DNA of 64,000 nucleotides from Staphylococcus sp. CAG:324 (GTDB lineage Bacteria; Bacillota_I; Bacilli_A; ML615J-28; CAG-313), in assembly GCA_000433035.1 (NCBI GenBank), contig FR890815.1, forward strand, positions 21,800 to 85,799, in the 5' to 3' direction. Position 1 is the first letter of the stretch. Each line of letters opens with the position of its first letter. Under the pieces are notes generated by a model. The model searched no databases, was not told the DNA's origin, and saw only the letters and a list, made by a program, of their open reading frames with translations. This document shows positions 40,533 to 49,746 of this stretch, in pieces. Both the position numbers and the translations under genes were made by a program.

Positions 40533-41744
40533 ATGCCAAAATTTAAATTTAAAGCCAAGGATTTAAATAATAAAATCATTCATGGAGTATTCTTTGCCAA
40601 AGATGAAGAGGATTTAAGAGCAATCATTAGTAATTTAGACTATTATTTAATTAGTTCTAAAAAAATTCAAGAAAGTTCACAACTATTTACCTTCTTAGAA
40701 AAAATACGAGTGGATGAATTATCGTTATTTTGTAGACAACTTGCAATTATGTTAGATGCAGGAATGGAACTGAATAAATGTATTGAAATTCTAAAGAATA
40801 ATACTAAAATAAATAAATTAAAAACGATTTTAGAAGTCGTTCATTACGATTTGATGCAAGGGATGATGCTTAGCCAATCACTTGCAAAATATCCCAAAAC
40901 TTTTCCTGTTTTCTTTAGAAATATGATTCATATTGGAGAGCTAAGTGGCAAAATGTCATTGGTTTTAAATAAACTAGCAGATTATTATGAAAAGGATAAT
41001 AAAACAAAACGAAAAGTGAAAAGTGCTTTGGCTTATCCAATCTTTTTATTAACATTATGCATGGTAATTTTGGCTGTTTTATCCTTGTATGTGATGCCTA
41101 TTTTTAAGGATGTTTTTACATCATTAGAAGCACAATTACCTCCAATCACAACGGTTGTTTTAAAAATCACTGATTTTATTAAAAATAACATTTTATATAT
41201 TTTATCAATCATACTATTATCTATTATGGCATTTTTGTTACTTTTGCGTAATCAAAAATTTAAAAAGCTTTATGATCAATTTAATGTTCATCATAGTATT
41301 CAAAGTAAAGTCGTTTTAGCAAGTATAACATCGAGATTCACAAATGGATTTTCCACTTTGTTAAATAGTAGTATTTCTATCGTTGATGCTTTAACTATTA
41401 TGAGTAAATTGCTAGGTAATCGTTATGTTGAAGAGAAAATGCAAGTTACGATTAGTGAAATCAAAAGAGGACAGCCAATTGCTAAAAGTTTGGAAACAAT
41501 TAATATTTTTCCTAATATTTTGATTGAAATGATTTCGGTCGGTGAGCAATCCGGTCAACTTGAGGAAGTGCTGAATCGAGTTTGTACATATTATGATGAT
41601 CAAGTAGATTATGCCATTAAAAAAATGACAGCTTTAATTGAACCACTCATGATTATTTTAATTGGTATGATTGTAATTGTTGTATTGTTATCAATTTTTT
41701 TACCGATGCTAGATATTACAAGTTCAATTGATACGGGAGTTTAA
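40533..41744 (+). CDS. Type II secretion system F-family platform protein (PilC/ComGB-like)
   Basis: RBS AAGGAGGG. Two GspF repeats and three TM helices. Confidence 0.85.
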   Translation: MPKFKFKAKDLNNKIIHGVFFAKDEEDLRAIISNLDYYLISSKKIQESSQLFTFLEKIRVDELSLFCRQLAIMLDAGMELNKCIEILKNNTKINKLKTILEVVHYDLMQGMMLSQSLAKYPKTFPVFFRNMIHIGELSGKMSLVLNKLADYYEKDNKTKRKVKSALAYPIFLLTLCMVILAVLSLYVMPIFKDVFTSLEAQLPPITTVVLKITDFIKNNILYILSIILLSIMAFLLLLRNQKFKKLYDQFNVHHSIQSKVVLASITSRFTNGFSTLLNSSISIVDALTIMSKLLGNRYVEEKMQVTISEIKRGQPIAKSLETINIFPNILIEMISVGEQSGQLEEVLNRVCTYYDDQVDYAIKKMTALIEPLMIILIGMIVIVVLLSIFLPMLDITSSIDTGV

Positions 41745-41745
41745 A

Positions 41746-43443
41746 ATGAAAAATGAAATCCAACAAAATATTCATCAACAAATATGTTTGCAACTTGTTA
41801 AAATGAATGTATGTAGTATAGAGGAAATACATTATATTTTAGAAAAAATAAATACGGAAGAAAAACCATTTTATGAAGTTTTCAGCCAAGAAAAATGGAT
41901 AAATGAAGAACAATTATCCCAAGTATTGGCTAGTTATTTAGGATATGATTATTATAACATTGATACGATTAGGATTGATGAAAATCTAGTTAAAACTTTG
42001 ACTTATGAATGGATTAGTAAATATAAAATAATTCCGCTTACTTTTGATGAGTCAAATCAAAGATATATTCTTGCAACATCTAACCCTTTTGATTTTAATG
42101 CAATCAATATTGCGTATGCTTTATTTGGTACCCATTCGCAAATTGTCGTGTGTCCTGATACTAAATTGGTAAGAATTCAGTCAAGAATATTTGCCAAAAA
42201 CGAAATGAACCAAACGATTGCCGCTTATAATAAACAAGAAAACCTTTTAGAAAAAGAACATATTGTTGGGATGGATGAGGCTGATTTGGTGAATTCACCA
42301 GCTGTTAAATTGGTGGATTCATGTTTAAATGATGCGATTGCTGTAGGGGCTAGCGATATTCATATTGAGCCATACGAAGATATTGTTAGAATTCGATATC
42401 GAATTGATGGTATGCTTTATGAGAATACTGCATTTAGTCCTAAAATGTATCCAGGAGTTTCCACGAGAATAAAAATTATTTCCAAATTGAATATTGCAGA
42501 ACGCAGAATTCCTCAAGATGGAAGAATTACAAAAATTTATAATAATGAAACATATGATTTTCGTGTTTCAACTTTACCAACTTCTTTTGGTGAAAAAATT
42601 GTAATTCGGATTTTGGATACAAAAGCGTTTAATTATGATAGAAGTAAATTGGGTTTTTTACCAGAAGAAAACTTAATTGTCGATGAATTATTAAAAAAAC
42701 CTTATGGTATTATTTTGTTAACAGGACCTACTGGTTGTGGTAAATCGACAACATTATATAGTTTTATTAAAGAAATGAATAATGAATCAGTTAATGTCAT
42801 TACGGTTGAAGATCCTGTTGAATATACAATTTCAGGTGTAAATCAAGTTCAAGTAAATAATAAGGCTAATTTAACTTTTGCAAGTGCTTTAAGAAGTATT
42901 TTAAGACAAGATCCTAATATTGTTATGGTCGGTGAGATTCGTGATGAAGAAACGGCTGAAATTGCCATGAGAATGGCAATTACTGGACATCTAGTATTGT
43001 CTACTCTTCATACTAATGATGCTGCAGGAGCAGTGACTAGATTGATTGACTTAGGGTTACAACCCTATTTTGTAACTGATGCTTTAGCGGGGGTGATTTC
43101 TCAAAGACTTGTTAGAAGATTATGCCCAGAATGTAAAAAAGAATATCTTTCTAGCAAGCGTGAGAATGAAATTTTAAATATTCATCAATCGCAAAAATTA
43201 TATAAGGCGGTGGGCTGTCCGGCATGCCATAATACGGGATATCGAGGAAGACTTGGTGTTCATGAAGTTCTAAAAATGACGGAAGATTTAAAAGAACTCA
43301 TTATCAATAAGGCCTCAACAAAACAAATTAGACAAAAGGCCCTTGAAAATGGAATGTTGGATTTATATTCCACTTGTAGAACGGTAGTATTAAATGGAGA
43401 AACTACAGTTCAAGAATTATTGGCAATTATGTATAACAAATAA
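41746..43443 (+). CDS. Type IV pilus assembly ATPase (GspE/PilB/ComGA family)
   Basis: Start at the ATG at 41746 just after the PilC stop. Walker A GPTGCGKST, Asp box, His box, and CPEC...CPAC tetracysteine. Confidence 0.9.
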   Translation: MKNEIQQNIHQQICLQLVKMNVCSIEEIHYILEKINTEEKPFYEVFSQEKWINEEQLSQVLASYLGYDYYNIDTIRIDENLVKTLTYEWISKYKIIPLTFDESNQRYILATSNPFDFNAINIAYALFGTHSQIVVCPDTKLVRIQSRIFAKNEMNQTIAAYNKQENLLEKEHIVGMDEADLVNSPAVKLVDSCLNDAIAVGASDIHIEPYEDIVRIRYRIDGMLYENTAFSPKMYPGVSTRIKIISKLNIAERRIPQDGRITKIYNNETYDFRVSTLPTSFGEKIVIRILDTKAFNYDRSKLGFLPEENLIVDELLKKPYGIILLTGPTGCGKSTTLYSFIKEMNNESVNVITVEDPVEYTISGVNQVQVNNKANLTFASALRSILRQDPNIVMVGEIRDEETAEIAMRMAITGHLVLSTLHTNDAAGAVTRLIDLGLQPYFVTDALAGVISQRLVRRLCPECKKEYLSSKRENEILNIHQSQKLYKAVGCPACHNTGYRGRLGVHEVLKMTEDLKELIINKASTKQIRQKALENGMLDLYSTCRTVVLNGETTVQELLAIMYNK

Positions 43444-43511
43444 AATACATAGTTGATATATAGGTGTTAATAGCAGTCACCAAAAATTTTATATAAATAA
43501 GGAGAAAAGGA

Positions 43512-43991
43512 ATGGAAAAATCATTAAAAAATAAAAAAGGTTTTACATTAACCGAATTGATTGTTGTCATTGCTATCATTGGAATTCTTGCGGCAGTGTT
43601 AATTCCATCAATTACAAGTTATATTAGAAATGCAAAAGAATCTGCAGCCATTCAAGATGCAAGCGCAATGTATCAAGAATTAATTGCAGAGGTTAATGTT
43701 ACAGATGATATTTATGAAACTTTAACTACAAATAAATATTATATTGTTGAAACCGATGGGGGATATTATGTTTTATTAGAAAATGGTTCATGTAATGTTT
43801 CACCATTAAAGGATAATAGTGTAGTTGATGCCGCAAGTGCTGCAACTGAATTCAATATAGAAGGAGTGAGTACTTTTTTTGTTCTAAGAAAAGTAAATGA
43901 AGCATACCGCGTTTTGGAACTTTCAAAAGAAAATACAACTTGGACAGAATCACAAACTCCAATTTATCCAACTCAAACACAGACAGAATAA
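43512..43991 (+). CDS. Type IV major pilin candidate
   Basis: RBS AAGGAGAAAAGG. Class III signal KKG|FTLTELIVVIAIIGILAAVLIPS. 159 aa. Confidence 0.75.
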   Translation: MEKSLKNKKGFTLTELIVVIAIIGILAAVLIPSITSYIRNAKESAAIQDASAMYQELIAEVNVTDDIYETLTTNKYYIVETDGGYYVLLENGSCNVSPLKDNSVVDAASAATEFNIEGVSTFFVLRKVNEAYRVLELSKENTTWTESQTPIYPTQTQTE

Positions 43992-44010
43992 AGTAGATGA
44001 GGATGAATAT

Positions 44011-45825
44011 ATGAATAGCGTAAAGAAAAAAGGTTTTACACTAACAGAATTAATAGTAGTCATTGCTATTATTGGAATTCTCGCAGCTGTTCTAATCCCA
44101 TCAATTGCAGGTTATATTAAAAAGGCAAAAGTATCAAAAGGTGTGCAAGAAGCTAAAAATATTTCAGTTGTTTTAGCAGCAGAGGCCGCTTTTCAAGATC
44201 GAGAATATTTTGAACCATATGAAATTTCGCGTATTATTGAAGAATATGATTACTCGTTAGAATCAACAATCAAAGATTATCGTTTTTGGTATGATGCTAG
44301 TAAAAATGAAGTAAAATTTCTATCAATGGAAGAGGCATTTAGTACAAGTACCAAACAAAATTTATCTTCAACAAAAACTTTTACCCAAGATTGTATTGAA
44401 GCCTTATCAGCAGGTCATCCAGAATATCGCTATGTGGATACTTTTGATGATGAATTAACACAAATTGTATATACTGTTAGAAATTTGCCTTTATTAGCTC
44501 TAAATGGGATGGATAGTGGATCACTAGATTCACAAGCTAAAAAAAGAGAGATTTTAGATAAAATGGATAGTTTATTAGATAGTGCTATTGAGGCTTTAGA
44601 TGATTTAAAATATAAAGGTTTCGATAATTCTGATAAGCAATCGATTCAAAACTATGTATCAACTTTTGATACAGTTCAAACCGTTTATGTTGATAATAAT
44701 ATTATGTATAATAGAGCATATTTTTCTACTAAAGCAGAACTTCAATCACTTGCTAATGCTTATAGCAATATTGTTCAGTATAATGATACTCATGTAACAT
44801 TAAATATTTCTAGAATGGTTTTTGTACCTGATATTACTTTGATTCCTGCATGTCAACCGTTTGCGGAAGAAGAGTCAGTAGAATATCGTGTAAATATTAC
44901 AACAGCTTTTGAGATACCAGATACAGTAGAAATTGTTAAAGCAAATTCATTTAAGAATGTAATAGGCTGTGCGGGAATTGTTGCTAAAAACACAGTGTTA
45001 TTTGATCCAGAGGCTTTAAGTGAGGCTGCTTTAAAAGCAAAGACGGATAGAACATCTTATTTAAATGTTATTCCACTTACTTATGGTATAGATTTTAACA
45101 TAACATACTATACAGCTGAGGCCAAATTAAATAATGGTGTAACGGTAACATATACGAATACCATAAATGGTAAAGAAGAAGTAATAACCGCTTTAGAAAA
45201 TGTCATATTTCAAGATACAGCTGAACAACAAATAATTAGTAAATATTTGATTCCTAATATAAATTTTTTAGGAAAAACAATTAATTATTCAAAAGTAGAA
45301 AAAGTCATAATTAGAAGATCATTATCAGAAAATATTTGTACTTATACTGCTATTTTAGTAGATGAAAATCTAAATTGCTATAAAGTAGAAAATTTTGGAT
45401 ATGTTTCTGATGTCGATTGGGAAATCAAACAAGAATTTAGTTTTGATAATAATGAGGCTACTATTAGAGTATATCTTCCTACATATGTTTATAATTATAC
45501 GAATTTTAAAGATGCTTCAATGGAAATTGAGTTGTTGCCACAAGTTTTAAAATCTAAAGATGTTGTTGGATTAACCGGTATAGTTGAAGTATTTGATGGA
45601 TTTGCATTATCAGATCAAAAAATCAAAATCTATATTAAAGATGGTATTTATGATAGTGAAAATAATTGTTATGTATATGAAAAGAAAATAGAAAATTTAA
45701 ATACTCATACAGTTTTAGTAAATGGTGAATCATTATCTTGTAATCAAGTATCAATTTCTCAAATTGCTATTGTTACAGGGGATGAACAAGATCCAAAATA
45801 TTTATTTATTCGTGAATATAAATAA
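44011..45825 (+). CDS. Giant pilin-like protein (605 aa) with an N-terminus identical to the 159-aa pilin over about 27 residues
   Basis: Start corrected to the ATG at 44011 after AGGATGA. The ORF-track start at 43897 overlaps the preceding pilin. KKG|FTLTELIVVIAIIGILAAVLIPSI followed by about 570 aa of globular sequence. Confidence 0.7.
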   Translation: MNSVKKKGFTLTELIVVIAIIGILAAVLIPSIAGYIKKAKVSKGVQEAKNISVVLAAEAAFQDREYFEPYEISRIIEEYDYSLESTIKDYRFWYDASKNEVKFLSMEEAFSTSTKQNLSSTKTFTQDCIEALSAGHPEYRYVDTFDDELTQIVYTVRNLPLLALNGMDSGSLDSQAKKREILDKMDSLLDSAIEALDDLKYKGFDNSDKQSIQNYVSTFDTVQTVYVDNNIMYNRAYFSTKAELQSLANAYSNIVQYNDTHVTLNISRMVFVPDITLIPACQPFAEEESVEYRVNITTAFEIPDTVEIVKANSFKNVIGCAGIVAKNTVLFDPEALSEAALKAKTDRTSYLNVIPLTYGIDFNITYYTAEAKLNNGVTVTYTNTINGKEEVITALENVIFQDTAEQQIISKYLIPNINFLGKTINYSKVEKVIIRRSLSENICTYTAILVDENLNCYKVENFGYVSDVDWEIKQEFSFDNNEATIRVYLPTYVYNYTNFKDASMEIELLPQVLKSKDVVGLTGIVEVFDGFALSDQKIKIYIKDGIYDSENNCYVYEKKIENLNTHTVLVNGESLSCNQVSISQIAIVTGDEQDPKYLFIREYK

Positions 45826-45908
45826 TGAATATAAGGGAATATGCATTTAAATTTCGTTTATATATATGAATATATATAAAAATATAAAAAATTAAAGGAG
45901 AATAAAAA

Positions 45909-47579
45909 ATGAAAATAATAAAAAAATTATTTTTATCATTCGTTATAGCTGGACTTGGTTTTGCAACCTTAGTTGGATGTGTATCATTAGAAAATGCTGA
46001 AAGAATTAGCATTGTTGAAATGCCAACAACAACATTTGTTAAAAACCAAGAAGTAACTGGCAATTTAATGAAAGTATTAATTACCGATGCTGAAGGTAAT
46101 GATGTAGTACTAACTTTAAGTTATCCTGATGAAAACGGCAATGTTAGTGCGCAACAAGACGGAGTACCATTTGATGTAAAAATTACAATTAAAAACTTTA
46201 ATTTGTCAACAATTGGGAACAAAACTGCTTCTGTTACGTATGGAGAAGCTACATCTTATTTTGATTATCAAGTAGTTGATCCAGAACAAGGATTTGCTGG
46301 CGGAAATGGAAGCTTAAATAATCCATATCAAATCACAAATGCTATACAATTTATGAATATAAACACACTTGAAACAACAAAAGATGTTTACTTCAAATTA
46401 ATGAATGATATTGATATGAGTACTGTTATAAACGATGCTCAAATGTTTTGGGATATGGGATATGCCTTTATTCAATTATTTGAAGGTGTACTAGATGGTA
46501 ATAATAAACGTATATATAATGTTGTTGAACCAATCAATTATCTATTTGGTGAATTATCAGGAGCAACATTAAAAGATTTATCTGTTTTTGTTAAGGGTAA
46601 AGATATTAGTGTAAGTTGTTTGGCTAATTCATATGGTGATAGAACCATCAGTTTCTTAAATGTTGATTTATATGGTTCAGTAAGTACTGGATACAATTAT
46701 GCAGGATATGCAATTTATTCAATGACTTTGAAATATGCAGCCGAAGGAAGAGAGTATAGTTTCTTAGATTCAACTGTTGTTTTCAAAAATTGTGATAGTT
46801 ATTTAGATAATATTGGTCTTTCAACAAGAGTTGGCGTATTCTTTGCCATTCCAACAGGTAATTATACATTTGAAAATTGTTATAATTATGGGCATGTTGA
46901 GGCTTTAAATACATCACTTTTATTTACAAATGGTTATGCAACTGGATATGGAGCTAGTGGAAAAACTGTTTATAAAGTTATCTCTTCTGGTAATAGAGGA
47001 ACACTTTCATCTGTAGAAGCTAAGTCTGATTTAGTATTCTGTAATAAAGCAAATGGTGGTTCTCATTCTAAACTAGAAGGATCAGAAGAGTTGGTTGAAG
47101 GTACAAATTTAGTCATTCCTACACTTGATTTTACACAAGTTTTACAAGTACAAGATAACTATTTAGAGTTAAAGGCTGTAGCTGATGATAGTAATATTGC
47201 AAAAGTAAAAGTTAATTTATATTTTGAAGGTATGAGTTGTAAAGAGTATGGTACTTTAACTGATTTTGTAACTGTAGAACTTTCAGTTAGTAGTGAAGCA
47301 CAAAAAACTGGTTTATTTGCAACTGAAATCAAAGATGGCAAACTTTCAATAAAAGTTGTGACTAAAGGTTCTATTGAAGATACAACTGAAGCATCAGATG
47401 AAATAGTTACTTTAGGTAAAGATTGGTTAACCTATAATGTAACCAAAGGCTTTTATGTATTTGATGGTACAAAAGTAAAAGAAGGATATACATTTACTGT
47501 TGGTTCTCAATCTTTCTCTGTATTTGCATATAATTCTGAAGAGGAAGTTATTGCTAGTGTTAAGGTAGCAACAAAATAA
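45909..47579 (+). CDS. Surface lipoprotein, function unknown
   Basis: RBS AAAGGAG. Signal peptide with lipobox LVGC. 556 aa, Thr/Ser/Gly/Val-rich and beta-rich. Confidence 0.6.
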   Translation: MKIIKKLFLSFVIAGLGFATLVGCVSLENAERISIVEMPTTTFVKNQEVTGNLMKVLITDAEGNDVVLTLSYPDENGNVSAQQDGVPFDVKITIKNFNLSTIGNKTASVTYGEATSYFDYQVVDPEQGFAGGNGSLNNPYQITNAIQFMNINTLETTKDVYFKLMNDIDMSTVINDAQMFWDMGYAFIQLFEGVLDGNNKRIYNVVEPINYLFGELSGATLKDLSVFVKGKDISVSCLANSYGDRTISFLNVDLYGSVSTGYNYAGYAIYSMTLKYAAEGREYSFLDSTVVFKNCDSYLDNIGLSTRVGVFFAIPTGNYTFENCYNYGHVEALNTSLLFTNGYATGYGASGKTVYKVISSGNRGTLSSVEAKSDLVFCNKANGGSHSKLEGSEELVEGTNLVIPTLDFTQVLQVQDNYLELKAVADDSNIAKVKVNLYFEGMSCKEYGTLTDFVTVELSVSSEAQKTGLFATEIKDGKLSIKVVTKGSIEDTTEASDEIVTLGKDWLTYNVTKGFYVFDGTKVKEGYTFTVGSQSFSVFAYNSEEEVIASVKVATK

Positions 47580-47613
47580 TTTTAGAATTATAAAAATTTA
47601 AGTAAAATGATGA

Positions 47614-47656
47614 AAAGGAAGACTATTGTAAAAAAATAGACTTCCTTTTTATTTTT
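47614..47656 (+). terminator. Rho-independent terminator
   Basis: AAAGGAAGACTAT ... ATAGACTTCCTTT, a 13-bp stem with one mismatch, followed by TTATTTTT. Confidence 0.6.
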
Positions 47657-47679
47657 AATGTATTCAATATAGGAGGAAA

Positions 47680-49746
47680 ATGAATATAAAAAAATGTATT
47701 TTTATCATTTCAGTTTTATTGCTATGCTTTTTATCATCCTGTAATAATAAACAAAATGTAAGGAAAGAAACAATGTATTATGATGTCCATTTTAATACCA
47801 ATGGGGGAAGTGAAATTGCGTCTATCAAAGTAGAGGAAGGAAAAACAATTCAAAAACCAAGTGCTCCCCAAAAGTTAGGATATTATTTTGTTGGTTGGTA
47901 TTATGATTTTGAATGTACCATTTTATACAATTTTGATACCAAAATGAATAGAAATATGACTTTATATGCCGCATGGGAAACAATGCCGATTAGTATAATT
48001 GTCAATCTGGATAATCAAAATAGTGAAAAGCAAAATCTAAATTATCAAGATACAATTGCCAATCTAAACGTTCCAAATAAAAAGGGATATCGATTTGTAG
48101 GATATTATTTTGATGAAAAATTGACACAAAAAATAGAGAGTGATTATTGTTTTTTACAAGATAGTACAATTTGGTGCAAATGGGAAATTGTAAAGTATGA
48201 AATTGAGATAGTGATTGATGAAACAACCAAACAAACACAATTTGTTGAGTATGGTTCTACTATAAAGAATTTACAACAACCATCTAAAGAAAATCACATA
48301 TTTAATGGTTTTTATTTAGATAGTGATTGTAAAAATCCCATTAATGAAGAAAATTTAATTGATAAAAATTTAACTATCTATGTGAAGTGGATAGATATCC
48401 ATGCTATTCCATATAAAGTAGTCTATAAGGGTGAAAATATTACGGATGATAAGTATAGCATAATTGAAACAAATGTTTTATATGGTAGTTTAAATGAAGA
48501 GGTGGTAGCACCAATAAAAACTTATGAAGGATTAGAAGTGATAAGTAGTGATGTCAAAGGACAGATTGTGTTAGATGGCTCTTTGGTACTTGAGGTGCTA
48601 TATCGAAGAAAGACTTATGAGGTTACATATATTATTCATGGAGAAGAATATGAGAAAGTCACCGATTTAAAATACAATACGAAGTATAAGTTGATAGATA
48701 ATGTAATGCTGAAGGGATATATTTTTAGAGGTTGGTATGTTGATGACCAATTTAAAAAAGTGGCCTCATTAAATCAAATACCTAGTCATGATACAATTGT
48801 TTATGGTAAATTAGAACCAATTACTGTTGGAAGTAGTGGTCTTTCTTATGTTTTAAATCCTTCCAAGACCGGTTATATTATAAGTAGCTATACGGGAACA
48901 GAAACAGAAATTATAATTCCTAATGGCTATAATTGTTTACCTGTTGTGGCAATTGATTGCTATTTTGATAGTGAGAATATCCAAAAAATTACGATAGGTA
49001 AAAATATTCAAGAAATAAAAGAAGATGCTTTTATTCGCTGTCTTCATTTAGAAACCATTTGGGTTGAAAGTGAAAATGCGAAATATTATAGTGAAGATGG
49101 TGTTTTGTATGATAAAAGTAGAAATAGTTTAAAAGTTTATCCATTAGGAAAAAAGGATACCTCCTTTTATATTCCATCAAATATATTGGTATTAGAGCGT
49201 TTTTGTTTTCATGCGAATTCCTATTTAGAAAATTTAATTATAAATGATAATCTAACAACCATTCATAGTGAAGCATTAAGGGGTTGTACAAATTTAAAAA
49301 CAATTTCCATTGGTAAAGGAGTTAGTTTTATTAGTGATACGTGGGTCAATGCATGTTATCATTTAGAAATGATTTATGTGGATTTAGACAATCCATTTTA
49401 TAAAGATCAAAATGGTGTTTTATTTGACAGTAGTGGAGAAAGTTTACTTCACTTTCCCGCATCTAATAGCCAAACTTTTTATGTGATTGATCATAATGTC
49501 AAAAAAATTAACTATCATGCCTTTGATTCTTGTCTACAACTACAATATGTTGTAATTCCAACTAGTGTTGATGTAATAGAATATCAAGCTTTTGTCGATG
49601 CTTCTTTTACCATTTATTTTGAAGGATTTCAAATACCCAAAAATTGGCATCCCTATGCAATTGAACATACTTTTGAATTAATTTTAAAACCAAATTGGCA
49701 AGAGTTGAATCCAATCCCCTATAAAATTGTAGGAGGTATAGAGTGA
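47680..49746 (+). CDS. Surface lipoprotein with Listeria-Bacteroides (Flg_new) repeats and C-terminal BspA-type leucine-rich repeats
   Basis: Lipobox FLSSC. Four GYxFxGWYxD...W repeats. C-terminal LRRs (ITIGKNIQEIKEDAFIRCLHLETIWV, TISIGKGVSFISDTWVNAC). Confidence 0.8.
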   Translation: MNIKKCIFIISVLLLCFLSSCNNKQNVRKETMYYDVHFNTNGGSEIASIKVEEGKTIQKPSAPQKLGYYFVGWYYDFECTILYNFDTKMNRNMTLYAAWETMPISIIVNLDNQNSEKQNLNYQDTIANLNVPNKKGYRFVGYYFDEKLTQKIESDYCFLQDSTIWCKWEIVKYEIEIVIDETTKQTQFVEYGSTIKNLQQPSKENHIFNGFYLDSDCKNPINEENLIDKNLTIYVKWIDIHAIPYKVVYKGENITDDKYSIIETNVLYGSLNEEVVAPIKTYEGLEVISSDVKGQIVLDGSLVLEVLYRRKTYEVTYIIHGEEYEKVTDLKYNTKYKLIDNVMLKGYIFRGWYVDDQFKKVASLNQIPSHDTIVYGKLEPITVGSSGLSYVLNPSKTGYIISSYTGTETEIIIPNGYNCLPVVAIDCYFDSENIQKITIGKNIQEIKEDAFIRCLHLETIWVESENAKYYSEDGVLYDKSRNSLKVYPLGKKDTSFYIPSNILVLERFCFHANSYLENLIINDNLTTIHSEALRGCTNLKTISIGKGVSFISDTWVNACYHLEMIYVDLDNPFYKDQNGVLFDSSGESLLHFPASNSQTFYVIDHNVKKINYHAFDSCLQLQYVVIPTSVDVIEYQAFVDASFTIYFEGFQIPKNWHPYAIEHTFELILKPNWQELNPIPYKIVGGIE

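Noticed and set aside
43897-44010. ORF-track N-terminal extension (38 aa) of the giant pilin gene
   Set aside because: It overlaps the preceding pilin gene and lacks an RBS. The ATG at 44011 has an AGGATGA RBS and yields a canonical prepilin leader (MNSVKKKG|FTLTE).
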